Under the pieces are notes generated by a model. That model searched no databases. It was not told the DNA's origin and saw only the letters and a program-made list of their open reading frames with translations. A stretch of DNA of 64,000 nucleotides from assembly GCA_965218695.1 (NCBI GenBank), contig OZ244651.1, positions 96,001 to 160,000 of the forward strand. Reading direction: 5' to 3'. The stretch comes from Nitrosopumilus sp. (lineage in GTDB: Archaea > Thermoproteota > Nitrososphaeria > Nitrososphaerales > Nitrosopumilaceae). This document shows positions 49,378 through 59,773 of this stretch, piece by piece (the first letter of the stretch is position 1; every line of letters starts with the position of its first letter). A program made the position numbers and the translations under genes.

Positions 49378-49994
49378 GCATCAACATCGGCGTTCTCTCA
49401 ATCCAGGGGGATGTGGAGGAGAACATGCTGGCTGCCATGACTGCAATAGACGAGCTGGATGTAGACGGAACCGTATCTGATGTCAACACGCCTGAGGATG
49501 TGCCTGATCTGGATGCCCTGATAATTCCCGGAGGGGAGAGCACCACCATGGGACGCCTCTCTGCTGACAACGGCCTGCTTGATGCCATACGGGACAGAAT
49601 CTCGGAGGGGATGCCCGTTCTTGGGATATGTGCAGGCATGATAATGCTGTCTGCCAGCGCAGGAGACCGCGTAATGGGGGAGACGAAGCAGCCGCTCCTT
49701 GGAACGCTTGACATTACCGTGGAGAGAAACGCATTTGGAAGGCAGTCCCAGTCCTTTGAGGCAGAAGTCTCGATGGACTCCATTGGCATTCCCACGTTTT
49801 CCGGCGTATTCATCCGGGCGCCAGCAGTGACTGATGCAGGCTCTGCAGAAATCCTGACCAGACTTGACGGCAGGGCAGTCGCACTCAAAAAGGACAACAT
49901 CATAGGGACGTCGTTCCATCCGGAACTGACCGGCGACGTATCCCTGCACAAGTATCTTGTCAATCTTGCAGTCATATCTGCCAAGGACAAGTGA
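49374..49994 (+). CDS. pdxT: PLP synthase glutaminase subunit PdxT
   Basis: PGGESTT, GICAG and FHPEL motifs. Confidence 0.97.
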   Translation: MSINIGVLSIQGDVEENMLAAMTAIDELDVDGTVSDVNTPEDVPDLDALIIPGGESTTMGRLSADNGLLDAIRDRISEGMPVLGICAGMIMLSASAGDRVMGETKQPLLGTLDITVERNAFGRQSQSFEAEVSMDSIGIPTFSGVFIRAPAVTDAGSAEILTRLDGRAVALKKDNIIGTSFHPELTGDVSLHKYLVNLAVISAKDK

Positions 49995-50047
49995 TTACCC
50001 GGGCCTGCCCCTGGCCTGCTACCGCCGCTACCGCATGCAGCAACTCT

Positions 50048-52363
50048 TTACTCTATGCTGTGCATTGCCTTGAGATCCGCCTGGAACGGTCCGAGGGATT
50101 CTGGAATCTCCATTGTTATGGAATCCTTAAAGGACAGCCCGTCTGACTTTTTTTTGTTCCATACTGCAGAGTTGAATCCGGTAATATCCTTGGTGATGTG
50201 GCTCACGTCCTCGGCCCCCTCCGGCTCTGCCTGCCTCTGTTTGTGGATGCTCTCGTCTGAGTACAGCACCCTCCAAAGGTGTTCTGTGATGAACGGCACT
50301 ATGGGTGCTAGCAACCTGAGTATGGTGGAGAGCACCTTGTGAAGCGTGTACTGCGCACCGTCCCTCTCCTCCTCTGAGAAGCCGACTCCGTATGCCCGCG
50401 CCTTGACCATCTCTACATAGTGGGCTGCAAACAGATTCCACGTGAACTCCCTGAGCGCGATTGCAGGCACAAAAAAATTGTACGTGGCGTATCCCTTTTT
50501 GCACTCTGATACCAGCCGGTCAAGCTCCAAGAGAATCCACCTGTCTGATGCAGAAGGCGTTCCCTCGGCGACTACCGGAAAGCTTGAGAGGAACCTTGAG
50601 ACGTTCCAGAGCTTGCTGAGGAATTTTTTAGTGGACTCTATCCTCTGCTCGTTGCACCTAAAGTCATACCCGTGATTCGCCTCGCTTGCGCTCCAAAACC
50701 TGAACGTGTCTGCGCCGAGCCTCTCTATGACAGGCAGCGGATCTATGGCGTTTCCCTTGCTCTTGCTCATCTTCATTCCCTTCTCGTCAAGGCCGTACCC
50801 CATTATCCACGCCTCAGACCACGGCTTCTCCCCGGTAATCTGATGGCACCGCAGAATGGTATAGTACAGCCATGTCCTGACGATGTCCTTTGACTGCGGC
50901 CTTATTGATGCCGGATACGTCCTTTTGAAGAACTCCTCGTCCCTGCCAAACCTGCTGATAAACAGGGGGGATCCGCTGGAATCCATCCAAGTGTCAAAGG
51001 TCCTCTCCTCCCCTACAAACTCCGAGCCGCCGCACTTGGTACAGCACTTTACGGGACACTTGTCATGCCACGGCCTGTAGTATTTTCCGGGTTCCGGAAC
51101 GTGGGGTTCTGAGCACTCCTTGCAGTACCATATGGGAACCTCCGTACCGTAGTACCTTCTTCTTGATATGGGCCAGTCTATGGATATGGATTCCAGCCAG
51201 TTCATCAGAATCTGCCTGTGCATTACAGGATGGAACAGGGTCTCTTTACCAATCTGCCTGATCTTCTCCACCGAGTCCTTCTGCCTCATATAATACTCGT
51301 CCATGGGTATTATCTCGATGGGATTCCTGCTTCTCTCTGCCACCGGCGTCCTGTGTATTGTGTCCTCGATCCTTTCGACAAGCCCCCCTGCCTTTAGATC
51401 CTCGATTATCCTTGCCCTTGCTTGCTTGGGCCTCAGTCCTGCATACCTGCCTGCAGCCTCTGTCATCCTGCCGTCCATGCCTATGGCCACGACCTCCTCC
51501 AGACCCATCTCACGGAATAGCGCAACATCGTTCCTGTCGCCATAACTGCACACCATCACTGCCCCGGAGCCAAAATCCTGCTTGGCAGACACGTGCGTCT
51601 TCAACTCGACTTCCTGGCCGGTAATGGGAACGACAAGCCGGCACCCCACGTGCTGCCTGTACCTTTCATCATCAGGATTCACTATTACGGTCCTGCACGC
51701 ACAGAGCAGCTCAGGTCTCGTACTTGCAATTACAATGTGGGAGTTCGTCCCCTTGATTCCAAACTTCATGTGGACCAGTTTTGCAGGCAGATCGTCGTAG
51801 GCTATCTCAGCGTATGCTATGGTGGTGCCTGAGACCCAGTCGTAGTCGTTGGGTCTGTTGGCCAGGTATATCCTGCCCTCCTTCCACAGCCTGATGAACG
51901 TGGACTGCGTAAGCGTCCGAAACTCGACTGAATCCGTCCTGTAGTAGTCTGCAAAGTTTCCGCTAATGCCAAGACTCTTCATGATTAGGATCATCTCTGC
52001 CTCCAAGTCGTCAAGGGACACCCTGCACAGGTCCAGAAACTTCTCCCTGTCAGTCTCCCTCATCCTGATGTTGTGCTTCTTTTCTGTGTACATCTCGACT
52101 GGAAGTCCGTTCCTGTCTATTCCTATGGGAAAGTAGACGTTCTTCCCTGCCATTCTTGCAGTCCGCGCAATCATGTCTATCTGGGCATAATGGGCTGCTG
52201 CCCCTATGTGCCACGGCCTGCCTGACGGGTATGGGGGAGGGGTGTCTATGGTATAGTTCTCATCCTGCAGCACAAAGTCGTAGGTCTTCTCCTCTGCCCA
52301 CATGCTGAGGATGTCTCTTTCCAGCTCCGGATTCCATGCCTTCTCTTTTATCTTTGGTTCCAT
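50048..52363 (-). CDS. valS: Valyl-tRNA synthetase
   Basis: DTPPPYPSG, HIGA, DWPISR, DTWMDS and KMSKS motifs. Confidence 0.95.
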   Translation of the reverse strand: MEPKIKEKAWNPELERDILSMWAEEKTYDFVLQDENYTIDTPPPYPSGRPWHIGAAAHYAQIDMIARTARMAGKNVYFPIGIDRNGLPVEMYTEKKHNIRMRETDREKFLDLCRVSLDDLEAEMILIMKSLGISGNFADYYRTDSVEFRTLTQSTFIRLWKEGRIYLANRPNDYDWVSGTTIAYAEIAYDDLPAKLVHMKFGIKGTNSHIVIASTRPELLCACRTVIVNPDDERYRQHVGCRLVVPITGQEVELKTHVSAKQDFGSGAVMVCSYGDRNDVALFREMGLEEVVAIGMDGRMTEAAGRYAGLRPKQARARIIEDLKAGGLVERIEDTIHRTPVAERSRNPIEIIPMDEYYMRQKDSVEKIRQIGKETLFHPVMHRQILMNWLESISIDWPISRRRYYGTEVPIWYCKECSEPHVPEPGKYYRPWHDKCPVKCCTKCGGSEFVGEERTFDTWMDSSGSPLFISRFGRDEEFFKRTYPASIRPQSKDIVRTWLYYTILRCHQITGEKPWSEAWIMGYGLDEKGMKMSKSKGNAIDPLPVIERLGADTFRFWSASEANHGYDFRCNEQRIESTKKFLSKLWNVSRFLSSFPVVAEGTPSASDRWILLELDRLVSECKKGYATYNFFVPAIALREFTWNLFAAHYVEMVKARAYGVGFSEEERDGAQYTLHKVLSTILRLLAPIVPFITEHLWRVLYSDESIHKQRQAEPEGAEDVSHITKDITGFNSAVWNKKKSDGLSFKDSITMEIPESLGPFQADLKAMHSIE

Positions 52364-52366
52364 GGC

Positions 52367-53182
52367 TTACCCTGAGATGTTTGATATTATGTGGGATCCC
52401 TTGTTGTATCCCTCGTATATGTAGACCCCGACTGCCTCCACGTTGGCAGGCATCTTTGGTGCCAGGAGCCTGATTATCTCGCCTGCAAGGTTCTCTACTG
52501 TGGCCTCCCCCTCCAAGACGTACGTGGTGTTTTTTGGAACCTGCAGCCTGAACTTGCCCTTTGGACCGTCAAACTCCACCATGTGGTGCGACTCGTCCTG
52601 GGATGTAACGTATCTGCTGTTTATGAAGAATTTATGGTCAAATGTGTTGACTACCTCCTTGATGATTCCCTTTGCCTGCCCAAAATCCAAAAGAAGGTTG
52701 TCCTTCATCTGGCCTACCAGCTCCACCATTACAGAGGACGTGTGCCCGTGCAGGATGGAGCATTTTTCAACCAGTGGAAGGATATGCGCATAGTCAAAGG
52801 AGAATGACGCATCCTCAAGAAATATCGAGCCTGTCTGGGGCGCCTTGTCATAAAATACCATCTCCTGCAGCTCGTTTATCCGGGCTACATGCTTTGCGCT
52901 TCCAACTGCCATCACCTTCTCTGTTGCCAGGCCCCCCTTGATCTTCTTGTATTTTTCAATCTCTTCCTCTGAGTCGATGACCTCGATGAGACCCTTTTTT
53001 GTTCTAAAGTCGACTGTGGTCTCCTCGCCGTCGTCAAGCCGAATCCTGCAGTTGTACTCGTACTCTTCCCCCAAAAAGTCCAGCATCTGCGCCACTGTGA
53101 GCTCCGTCCTGGTTCTGAGAATGTTTCTCTTCTTGTCAATGTATCTGAACTCTGAATCCAGTATTGTGGGGGTTGGGGCCAT
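52367..53182 (-). CDS. queD: QueD/PTPS-family protein with an extra N-terminal domain
   Basis: FDYAH, CSILHGH, LLDFG, FDH and TVENLA motifs in the C-terminal half. Confidence 0.85.
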   Translation of the reverse strand: MAPTPTILDSEFRYIDKKRNILRTRTELTVAQMLDFLGEEYEYNCRIRLDDGEETTVDFRTKKGLIEVIDSEEEIEKYKKIKGGLATEKVMAVGSAKHVARINELQEMVFYDKAPQTGSIFLEDASFSFDYAHILPLVEKCSILHGHTSSVMVELVGQMKDNLLLDFGQAKGIIKEVVNTFDHKFFINSRYVTSQDESHHMVEFDGPKGKFRLQVPKNTTYVLEGEATVENLAGEIIRLLAPKMPANVEAVGVYIYEGYNKGSHIISNISG

Positions 53183-53370
53183 GCAGAATCATCTGCCCCT
53201 GATTAATATAAATTCTGTAATGTCTGGGGGAACCCACAAAAGTCCACACGGTCGACGGTTTGGGCGCGATCCCCCATTGTGATGTTTGGCTACAGCCCCC
53301 CTCTCCCACTCCAGACTGTCATTCTTGCGATGCAGGGCATTCATGCACCCACGGTATCTGGCGTATACTG

Positions 53371-53649
53371 TCACACCAGCGAGTCCAGGATTCTGGCAAG
53401 ATCAGTATCATTCTTGGTAATCCCCCCGGCGTCATGCGTCATCAGGTCTATCGTGATTCGGTTGTAAACGTTGAACCACTCGGGATGGTGGTTCATCTTT
53501 TCAATCTCCATGGCAGCCCTGGTCATGAATCCAAATGCTCGGTTGAAGCTCTCAAACTCAAAGACCTTGTGGAGCTTTCCATTCATGACGCTCCAGCCTT
53601 CAAGACTCTTCTGCTCCTCTATAATCTCATCTGAGGTCAGCATTCTCAT
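53371..53649 (-). CDS. Pterin-4-alpha-carbinolamine dehydratase
   Basis: NHHPEWFNVY and THDAGG motifs. Confidence 0.93.
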   Translation of the reverse strand: MRMLTSDEIIEEQKSLEGWSVMNGKLHKVFEFESFNRAFGFMTRAAMEIEKMNHHPEWFNVYNRITIDLMTHDAGGITKNDTDLARILDSLV

Positions 53650-53697
53650 ACCAGTCAGTCCGCAGAACAGTAGTTAAAGGGTTTTATCTGTAGTGGT

Positions 53698-54480
53698 GTG
53701 ATGACTCCTGGGGATACTGGTGCACTCTTTGAGGGGCTGAAAAGCGCCATAGCCAAAACCGTCAAAAACAACAGAATCGGCATTGCCTTCTCCGGCGGTG
53801 TCGACAGTGCGCTTATCTCAAAGACGTGTCTGGACATGGGGTATGACATCACACTGCTGACAGTCGGATTTTCAGACTCGCATGACATACTGTTTGCAAG
53901 GCAGGTCAACGAGGAGATGCGTCTTCCCCACCACGTGCTTGAAATTGATCCCGAAACATTCCCCCAAACCCTGACTAAAATTTGCAGCATCGTAAAGACC
54001 GACAACCTGTCGTGGATTGAAAACTGCATCGCATTTTACTACATCTCAGGCCTTGCAAGGAGCCACGGCCTTGACTCTGTGGTGACTGCAAACGGAATCG
54101 ACGAGCTCTTCTGCGGCTATCACGCATACCTCAAAGCAATCGAGTACGGGGAACAGCGGGTAATGGACGTGATGGCCTCCAAGATAGACAACGAGCTTAA
54201 AATGATGAAGGCAGTGGATCTGGTTGCCTCCGAATACGGCGTGACATTCCTGCAACCTCTTCTGTCCCCCGAGTTCATAACGCTTGCCATGTCGGTTCCC
54301 GTATCAGAAAAGATTGATGGCCCTGATGACATGTACCGCAAGCACATCATACGTACAATAGCCCGTACGACAGGCGTTCCTGAGATCTCCTGCTCAAAGA
54401 AAAAGAAGGCACTCCAATATGGCTCCAGAATCCACAAAAAACTGCTAAAGGCTAAGAGACCCTCTTTGTTGTATTCCTGA
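53698..54480 (+). CDS. Asparagine synthase-like (PP-loop) protein
   Basis: AFSGGVDS, GIDELFCGY and KKALQYGS motifs; no glutaminase domain. Confidence 0.85.
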   Translation: MMTPGDTGALFEGLKSAIAKTVKNNRIGIAFSGGVDSALISKTCLDMGYDITLLTVGFSDSHDILFARQVNEEMRLPHHVLEIDPETFPQTLTKICSIVKTDNLSWIENCIAFYYISGLARSHGLDSVVTANGIDELFCGYHAYLKAIEYGEQRVMDVMASKIDNELKMMKAVDLVASEYGVTFLQPLLSPEFITLAMSVPVSEKIDGPDDMYRKHIIRTIARTTGVPEISCSKKKKALQYGSRIHKKLLKAKRPSLLYS

Positions 54481-55813
54481 CAATCCTTCGTACATTTTTA
54501 ATTATTCTGACTGACGCGCCAAGATGCTTGTCTGCCCGGAATATGGCATCAATCTCGTCATCGTCAAGCCTTGAGGAGAACGCCCTGTCGTTTCTGACTG
54601 CCTGTGCATACTGGATTTTGCTGTCCCTTGCCTCAAAGGCGACCCTCTGAACGTCCCTGTATGCCTCAAACCTTGGAACGCCCTTTTTGATGAGCGCCTC
54701 CAAAACAAACTCGGCAAAGATCTGCCCCCTTGTGGCCTCCAGATTACTTGCAATCCTCTCCTCGTCAACTAACAGGTTTGATATTACTCCTGCCATGGTC
54801 CTGAGCATCTCGTCCACCAGTATGGACACTGTCGGAATCACAAATCTCTCGTTGGCAGAGTTTGACAGGTCCCGTTCATGCCACAGCGGTATGTTCTCAA
54901 AGGAGATTGCGATGTTGCTCCTCACCATTCTGGACAGCGACGAGACCCGTTCGCTCTTGATCGGGTTCCTCTTGACCGGAACCGCACTGCTTCCCATCTG
55001 GCCCTTTTTGAACTGCTCGGCCACCTCGCCTATCTCGGTTCTCTGCAGGTTCCTTATCTCCACTGCAATCTTCTCAAGCGTTGCACCTATCAGCGCCAGC
55101 TCAAAGACATACTCTGCATATCTCTCCCTTGGGACTATCTGGGTGGCTACATCTGCAGGATAAAGTCCGAGGCGCTGCGCCACCATCTTCTGGATATCCA
55201 GTGCGTCTGCACCCATCAGCGAGCCTGTTCCCACAACGCCTAGGGTCTTGCAGATCAAAACCCTCCTTCTAATCTCTTCAATCCTCTTCACATGCATTGC
55301 CATCTCTGCGGCCCAGTTTGCAAACTTTAGGCCAAACGATATGATGCTTGCATGCTGACCGTGGGTTCTTCCAACGGCCGGAACCCTTGCATACCTTGTA
55401 GCCTTCTCCTCTAGGATGGCAGCCATCTCTGCCGTCTTTTTCTGGATTATTCTCAGCGCGTCCCTCATCTGCATGGAGTTGCTCGTATCCACCAGATCAT
55501 TGCTTGTAAGGCCGTAGTGGATCCACGGCCTTGCATCCGTACTGCACTTCTCGCTTAACGCCTCCACCAGTGCCGCCGTGTCGTGGTCGCTTGCAGCCTC
55601 CAGCTCCTTGACCCTCTTTGCCGTAATTCCTCCGGAGGTTGCAGCCTTGAAGATATCCTCTCCGGCACTCTCCGGAATCATCCCCATCGTACCCTGGGAT
55701 ATGGCAACTGCCCCCTCTATCTCCAACTGGTATTCGATCTTTTGTTGCTCCTCAAAGATGTCTGTCATCTCCTTTGTGCCGTAGCGGCCGCTGTCGATGG
55801 GTAGTATTGCCAA
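54452..55813 (-). CDS. purB: Adenylosuccinate lyase
   Basis: HYGLTSND, GRTHGQHA, GSSAVPVKRNP and HERDL motifs; TTG start inferred. Confidence 0.95.
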   Translation of the reverse strand: MAILPIDSGRYGTKEMTDIFEEQQKIEYQLEIEGAVAISQGTMGMIPESAGEDIFKAATSGGITAKRVKELEAASDHDTAALVEALSEKCSTDARPWIHYGLTSNDLVDTSNSMQMRDALRIIQKKTAEMAAILEEKATRYARVPAVGRTHGQHASIISFGLKFANWAAEMAMHVKRIEEIRRRVLICKTLGVVGTGSLMGADALDIQKMVAQRLGLYPADVATQIVPRERYAEYVFELALIGATLEKIAVEIRNLQRTEIGEVAEQFKKGQMGSSAVPVKRNPIKSERVSSLSRMVRSNIAISFENIPLWHERDLSNSANERFVIPTVSILVDEMLRTMAGVISNLLVDEERIASNLEATRGQIFAEFVLEALIKKGVPRFEAYRDVQRVAFEARDSKIQYAQAVRNDRAFSSRLDDDEIDAIFRADKHLGASVRIIKNVRRIVRNTTKRVS

Positions 55814-55969
55814 TACTTGGCATGCATGTATATCTGAAATAAATCTACTCATAGCAGTACCTTGCCCGGTCGTCTCCGAGGAGATCGGACAAGAACCAAG
55901 TTTGGGTGGGAGCCTGCCGGGACGTCAGAAAGAGACAAAGGAATCCAGCCGAGCCAAATTGCACCTTTG

Positions 55970-57495
55970 GTAAGTGTTCACGTCGTGCCTAATTCAGTTC
56001 ACTCTTGGGTAAATTTTGTGCAAACCACAGATCCAAATAGGATGGTAATCCAAACCCGATGTGAAAAGCCAGGCTGAACTCAAAAAGATGTACACGGATC
56101 TCAAGACTGAGAACATCAAGCTCAAGCAGACGATTGAGATGCAAGGGCAGATAATTGAGGAATTGAATCTGGCAGTTGCTGATCTTAAGCGCAGGCTGGT
56201 GCGGCATGACAATTACAACACCCCGTCATCACAAAAAAGGGGGCCCGGATGGCCTGACACAAAGGGAAAAGGCGACGAAAAGAATGCCTACAATAAATCC
56301 ACAAAAGCCTCCCGGGATCAAAAGGACCGCGTGGATGCGGCCGGCAGCGGGAAGTCGCGCGGGGGGCAAAAAGGCCACATGGGCCGCACCCGCAAGCCAA
56401 AACCCACCGAGTTTGAGGAACACACCCCGGAGGCCTGCCCCGAATGCGGCTCGGGTAGCCTTTCCATAGTGCAGTCAGAAAAACGCGACATTACCAGGGT
56501 GGAGCGCACGATAAAGGTCATCACCACGCGCCACACCATAAACACGTGTCGCTGCTCCTGCGGTCTGGTGGACATCAAGCCCGAGACCGGCCTTCCAGAC
56601 AAGGGCAGCTACGATCCGAGCATAACGACTGATGTTGCAGACGATTACGTGTGTCGCATGCCGTTTAGGATGATCGCAGACCGCATGTCGCGGTACGGAA
56701 TTACACTCTCCTCGGGCACGGCGCACAACATAATGCGCAGGCTGGGAACGTCGCTGGGCGCCCCTGCGGCAGCCATTGCCGCCATGATACGCAAGGCCAA
56801 GATACTGCACGCCGACGAGACATCGATTCACCTAAACGGCCGCAACGTCTGGGTGTGGATACTGCACGATCCGCTGACCGGGCACGCGCTGTACGTGATA
56901 CGGGACAGCCGGGGGGCAAAGGTTCTGAAAGAAGCGCTTGGGGGTTGGGACGGCACGTTAGTGTGCGACGGCTGGACGGCGTACGGAAAATACCGCGTCC
57001 AGCGCTGCTGGTCGCACATAATACGCGAGGCCAGGGACATCTGCAACCGCAATCCGGACTGCCCAGGCGCGCGCAACGTCCTGAAGCACCTGCGCATAAT
57101 CTATGATTATGCCAGAAGGGCAAGCAGGAAACGCTCGCGCTCTCTCCGGGACAACGCGTCTGCCATGCTGACGTCATGCATCGAAAAGATCGTTGCAAGG
57201 TACGCCGACGATCCAATATTGGAAAAATTCATGGTCAAGATCAGCAATGCTGGCAGCGACCTGTTCCGGTTCGTGCTGAACCCAAAGATCCCGCCTACAA
57301 ACAATGCTGCAGAACGCGGGTTGCGCGAGATAGTCGTGCACAGAAAAATACGGGGCAGCATAAGGGCAGAGGAGACGATGACGTGGATGGCGAATTTCTT
57401 TTCATGTGTAATGACATGGAAAAACAAGAAATTGGATTACTTGGCGGAGATTGCAAAATACGCCTAAAAATGAGTTAAACCACGTGAACACTTAC
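55970..57495 (+). mobile_element. IS66-family single-ORF element
   Basis: IRs GTAAGTGTTCACGT / ACGTGAACACTTAC; 8-bp TSD CACCTTTG (55962-55969, 57496-57503). Confidence 0.93.
56061..57467 (+). CDS. IS66-family transposase
   Basis: HADET, CDGWTAY, QRCWSH and PTNNAAERGLR motifs. Confidence 0.92.
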   Translation: MKSQAELKKMYTDLKTENIKLKQTIEMQGQIIEELNLAVADLKRRLVRHDNYNTPSSQKRGPGWPDTKGKGDEKNAYNKSTKASRDQKDRVDAAGSGKSRGGQKGHMGRTRKPKPTEFEEHTPEACPECGSGSLSIVQSEKRDITRVERTIKVITTRHTINTCRCSCGLVDIKPETGLPDKGSYDPSITTDVADDYVCRMPFRMIADRMSRYGITLSSGTAHNIMRRLGTSLGAPAAAIAAMIRKAKILHADETSIHLNGRNVWVWILHDPLTGHALYVIRDSRGAKVLKEALGGWDGTLVCDGWTAYGKYRVQRCWSHIIREARDICNRNPDCPGARNVLKHLRIIYDYARRASRKRSRSLRDNASAMLTSCIEKIVARYADDPILEKFMVKISNAGSDLFRFVLNPKIPPTNNAAERGLREIVVHRKIRGSIRAEETMTWMANFFSCVMTWKNKKLDYLAEIAKYA

Positions 57496-57612
57496 CACCT
57501 TTGTATGTGGTTCCCAATAATTACCTGAACAGACCCACATCTGAATAAATAACGGCATGCCCTCTTCTTCTGATGGTTTAAATTAGATTGGGCAGAAATC
57601 CTCCCAATACTT

Positions 57613-59061
57613 ATGCCTGCCACTGTCCCCAGAAGGATTGCCAACAACCAGTACCAGATAGACGCAGACTCGAATCTTGGAATGAGGGTGCCTGTACGAA
57701 TCTATGCCGACGAGACGCTCCTTGCAAAGATGCTCACTGACAGGACAATAAGGCAGGCCCGGAACGTCTCATCAATTCCGGGAATCGTGGGTTGCAGTAT
57801 CGTCCTGCCTGACGGCCACGAGGGATATGGGTTTCCAGTAGGCGGGGTTGCTGCCATGGATGCCAAGGAGGGAATGATAAGTCCAGGCGGTGTCGGATAC
57901 GACATCAACTGCGGCGTTCGGCTGCTACGATCCAGTCTGACGGAGAAACAAGTTCGTTCCCGGCTGAAAGATCTTGTAAATGATCTGTTTGGCTCCATTC
58001 CGTCCGGAGTAGGCTCCAAGGGTGCAGTAAAGCTGAGCTATTCTGAGCTTGACGAGGTCCTGGTGAGGGGGGTGGACTGGGCAGTTGATCACGGGTATGG
58101 CTCTTCTGATGACTCTGACGTGTGTGAGGAGAATGGCCGGATTCCCAAGGCGGATCCAAACAAGGTCTCTGAAAAGGCGCGAAAGAGGGGTGCCCCCCAA
58201 CTTGGAAGCCTGGGTTCTGGAAACCATTTTCTTGAGGTTCAGAGGGTGACAGAGATTCACGACCGGCAGGCAGCAGAGCGGATGGGCATCAAGGAGGGGT
58301 CAGTCACGATCCTGATCCACTGCGGTTCAAGAGGGTTTGGGCACCAGGTATGTAGCGACTATCTTAGAATATCCGAACAGGCGATGTCAAGGTATGACAT
58401 AAGACTTCCCGACAGGGAGCTTGCATGCGTGCCAAACACATCCGAGGAAGGCGAATCCTACAGGAGTGCAATGTTTGCAGCGTTGAACTTTGCATGGAGC
58501 AACCGGCAGATGATTACCCACTGGACTAGAAAGTCCTTCCAGCGTGTCTTTGGACAAACCGAATCTGATCTTGACATGGGACTGGTTTATGATGTATCTC
58601 ACAATATTGCAAAGATTGAAAAGCACAAGGTTGACGGAGTCCACCGGGATCTCGTGGTTCACAGAAAGGGCGCGACAAGGGCATTCCCTGCAAACCGCAA
58701 GGAGATACCATCGCGGTACCGGGACCTGGGCCAGCCTGTCCTGATTCCGGGTTCCATGGGAACTGCAAGCTGGATTCTGCTGGGCCAGCCAGGCTCCATG
58801 AATCTGAGCTTTGGCTCTACTGCGCACGGTGCAGGAAGAATGATGTCAAGATCAAAGGCCCGGAGAAACTATACCGAGGACGGCGTAAAGAAATCCCTGC
58901 ACGACAAAGGCATATTCATCAAATCCCTGACCCGGGACGGGGTCGTGGAGGAGACGCCGCAGGCATACAAGGATGTCGATGCCGTTGTTGATGTCTCCCA
59001 CTCTCTGGGAATTGCTACCAAGGTTGCAAAGCTGGTGCCGATAGGTGTGATAAAGGGTTGA
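57613..59061 (+). CDS. rtcB: tRNA-splicing ligase RtcB
   Basis: PDGHEGYGFPVGGV, GYDINCG, GSGNHF, HRKGAT and HGAGR motifs. Confidence 0.97.
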   Translation: MPATVPRRIANNQYQIDADSNLGMRVPVRIYADETLLAKMLTDRTIRQARNVSSIPGIVGCSIVLPDGHEGYGFPVGGVAAMDAKEGMISPGGVGYDINCGVRLLRSSLTEKQVRSRLKDLVNDLFGSIPSGVGSKGAVKLSYSELDEVLVRGVDWAVDHGYGSSDDSDVCEENGRIPKADPNKVSEKARKRGAPQLGSLGSGNHFLEVQRVTEIHDRQAAERMGIKEGSVTILIHCGSRGFGHQVCSDYLRISEQAMSRYDIRLPDRELACVPNTSEEGESYRSAMFAALNFAWSNRQMITHWTRKSFQRVFGQTESDLDMGLVYDVSHNIAKIEKHKVDGVHRDLVVHRKGATRAFPANRKEIPSRYRDLGQPVLIPGSMGTASWILLGQPGSMNLSFGSTAHGAGRMMSRSKARRNYTEDGVKKSLHDKGIFIKSLTRDGVVEETPQAYKDVDAVVDVSHSLGIATKVAKLVPIGVIKG

Positions 59062-59465
59062 GCGACGATCTGGAACTTGAAAGACTCAAGGCAAGGCGCC
59101 TGGCTGAGATGCAGCAGAACATCCAGAGGAAGAGCGAGCAGCAGATTCAAAAACCATCAGAGAGCAGTCCTGCCATTACCCCGCGTGGCATCCTTGCAGA
59201 CAGGCTGGGATTTAGAGGCCTGGAGGTGCTGGAGAACGCAGAATCCCAGTTCCCAAACGAGACTGCAATGGTCGTGGACAAGCTCGCAGAACTAATCAAA
59301 GCCGGCGAGATCCGGGAAGCGCTTGACGGGGGAAAACTTCTTGCATTGTTCAGGGCGGTGGGACTGTACGTCAGGATGGCAACCAAGATAAACGTGGAGC
59401 AGGACGGCAAGTTTGTATCCCTCACTGAAAAACTCCAAAGACAATCCTCAGGTGAGGAATCGTGA
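59058..59465 (+). CDS. PDCD5-like dsDNA-binding protein
   Basis: DLELERLKARRLAEMQ N-terminus. Confidence 0.75.
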   Translation: MSDDLELERLKARRLAEMQQNIQRKSEQQIQKPSESSPAITPRGILADRLGFRGLEVLENAESQFPNETAMVVDKLAELIKAGEIREALDGGKLLALFRAVGLYVRMATKINVEQDGKFVSLTEKLQRQSSGEES

Positions 59466-59773
59466 GCGTAATACTGGAGATTGCGACAAAAAGCTACGGC
59501 GATGATCTCCTGATGATCAAAAAGGCACTCTCGCACATGGAGAGCCTTTCAGGCCACTACAACGGATACGTTCTTGGCAGCCCCTCATCTAGGTTTGGAT
59601 GGACATTCTTCAGGCTGGCATTTAAGGCAGACATGCAAGAAAGCATAGATAAGAAATTCTCTGACATGATATCCCGGTATGGGCGGGGAAACCGTCTGGA
59701 GAAGTTTGTGCAGTTTATGACTGATTATCTTAACTCTCGTGGCTGTAACATAAAGGTAAAACTGGTAAGCTAG
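59462..59773 (+). CDS. Conserved hypothetical protein
   Basis: Overlapping stop/start with the previous gene. Confidence 0.75.
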   Translation: MSVILEIATKSYGDDLLMIKKALSHMESLSGHYNGYVLGSPSSRFGWTFFRLAFKADMQESIDKKFSDMISRYGRGNRLEKFVQFMTDYLNSRGCNIKVKLVS

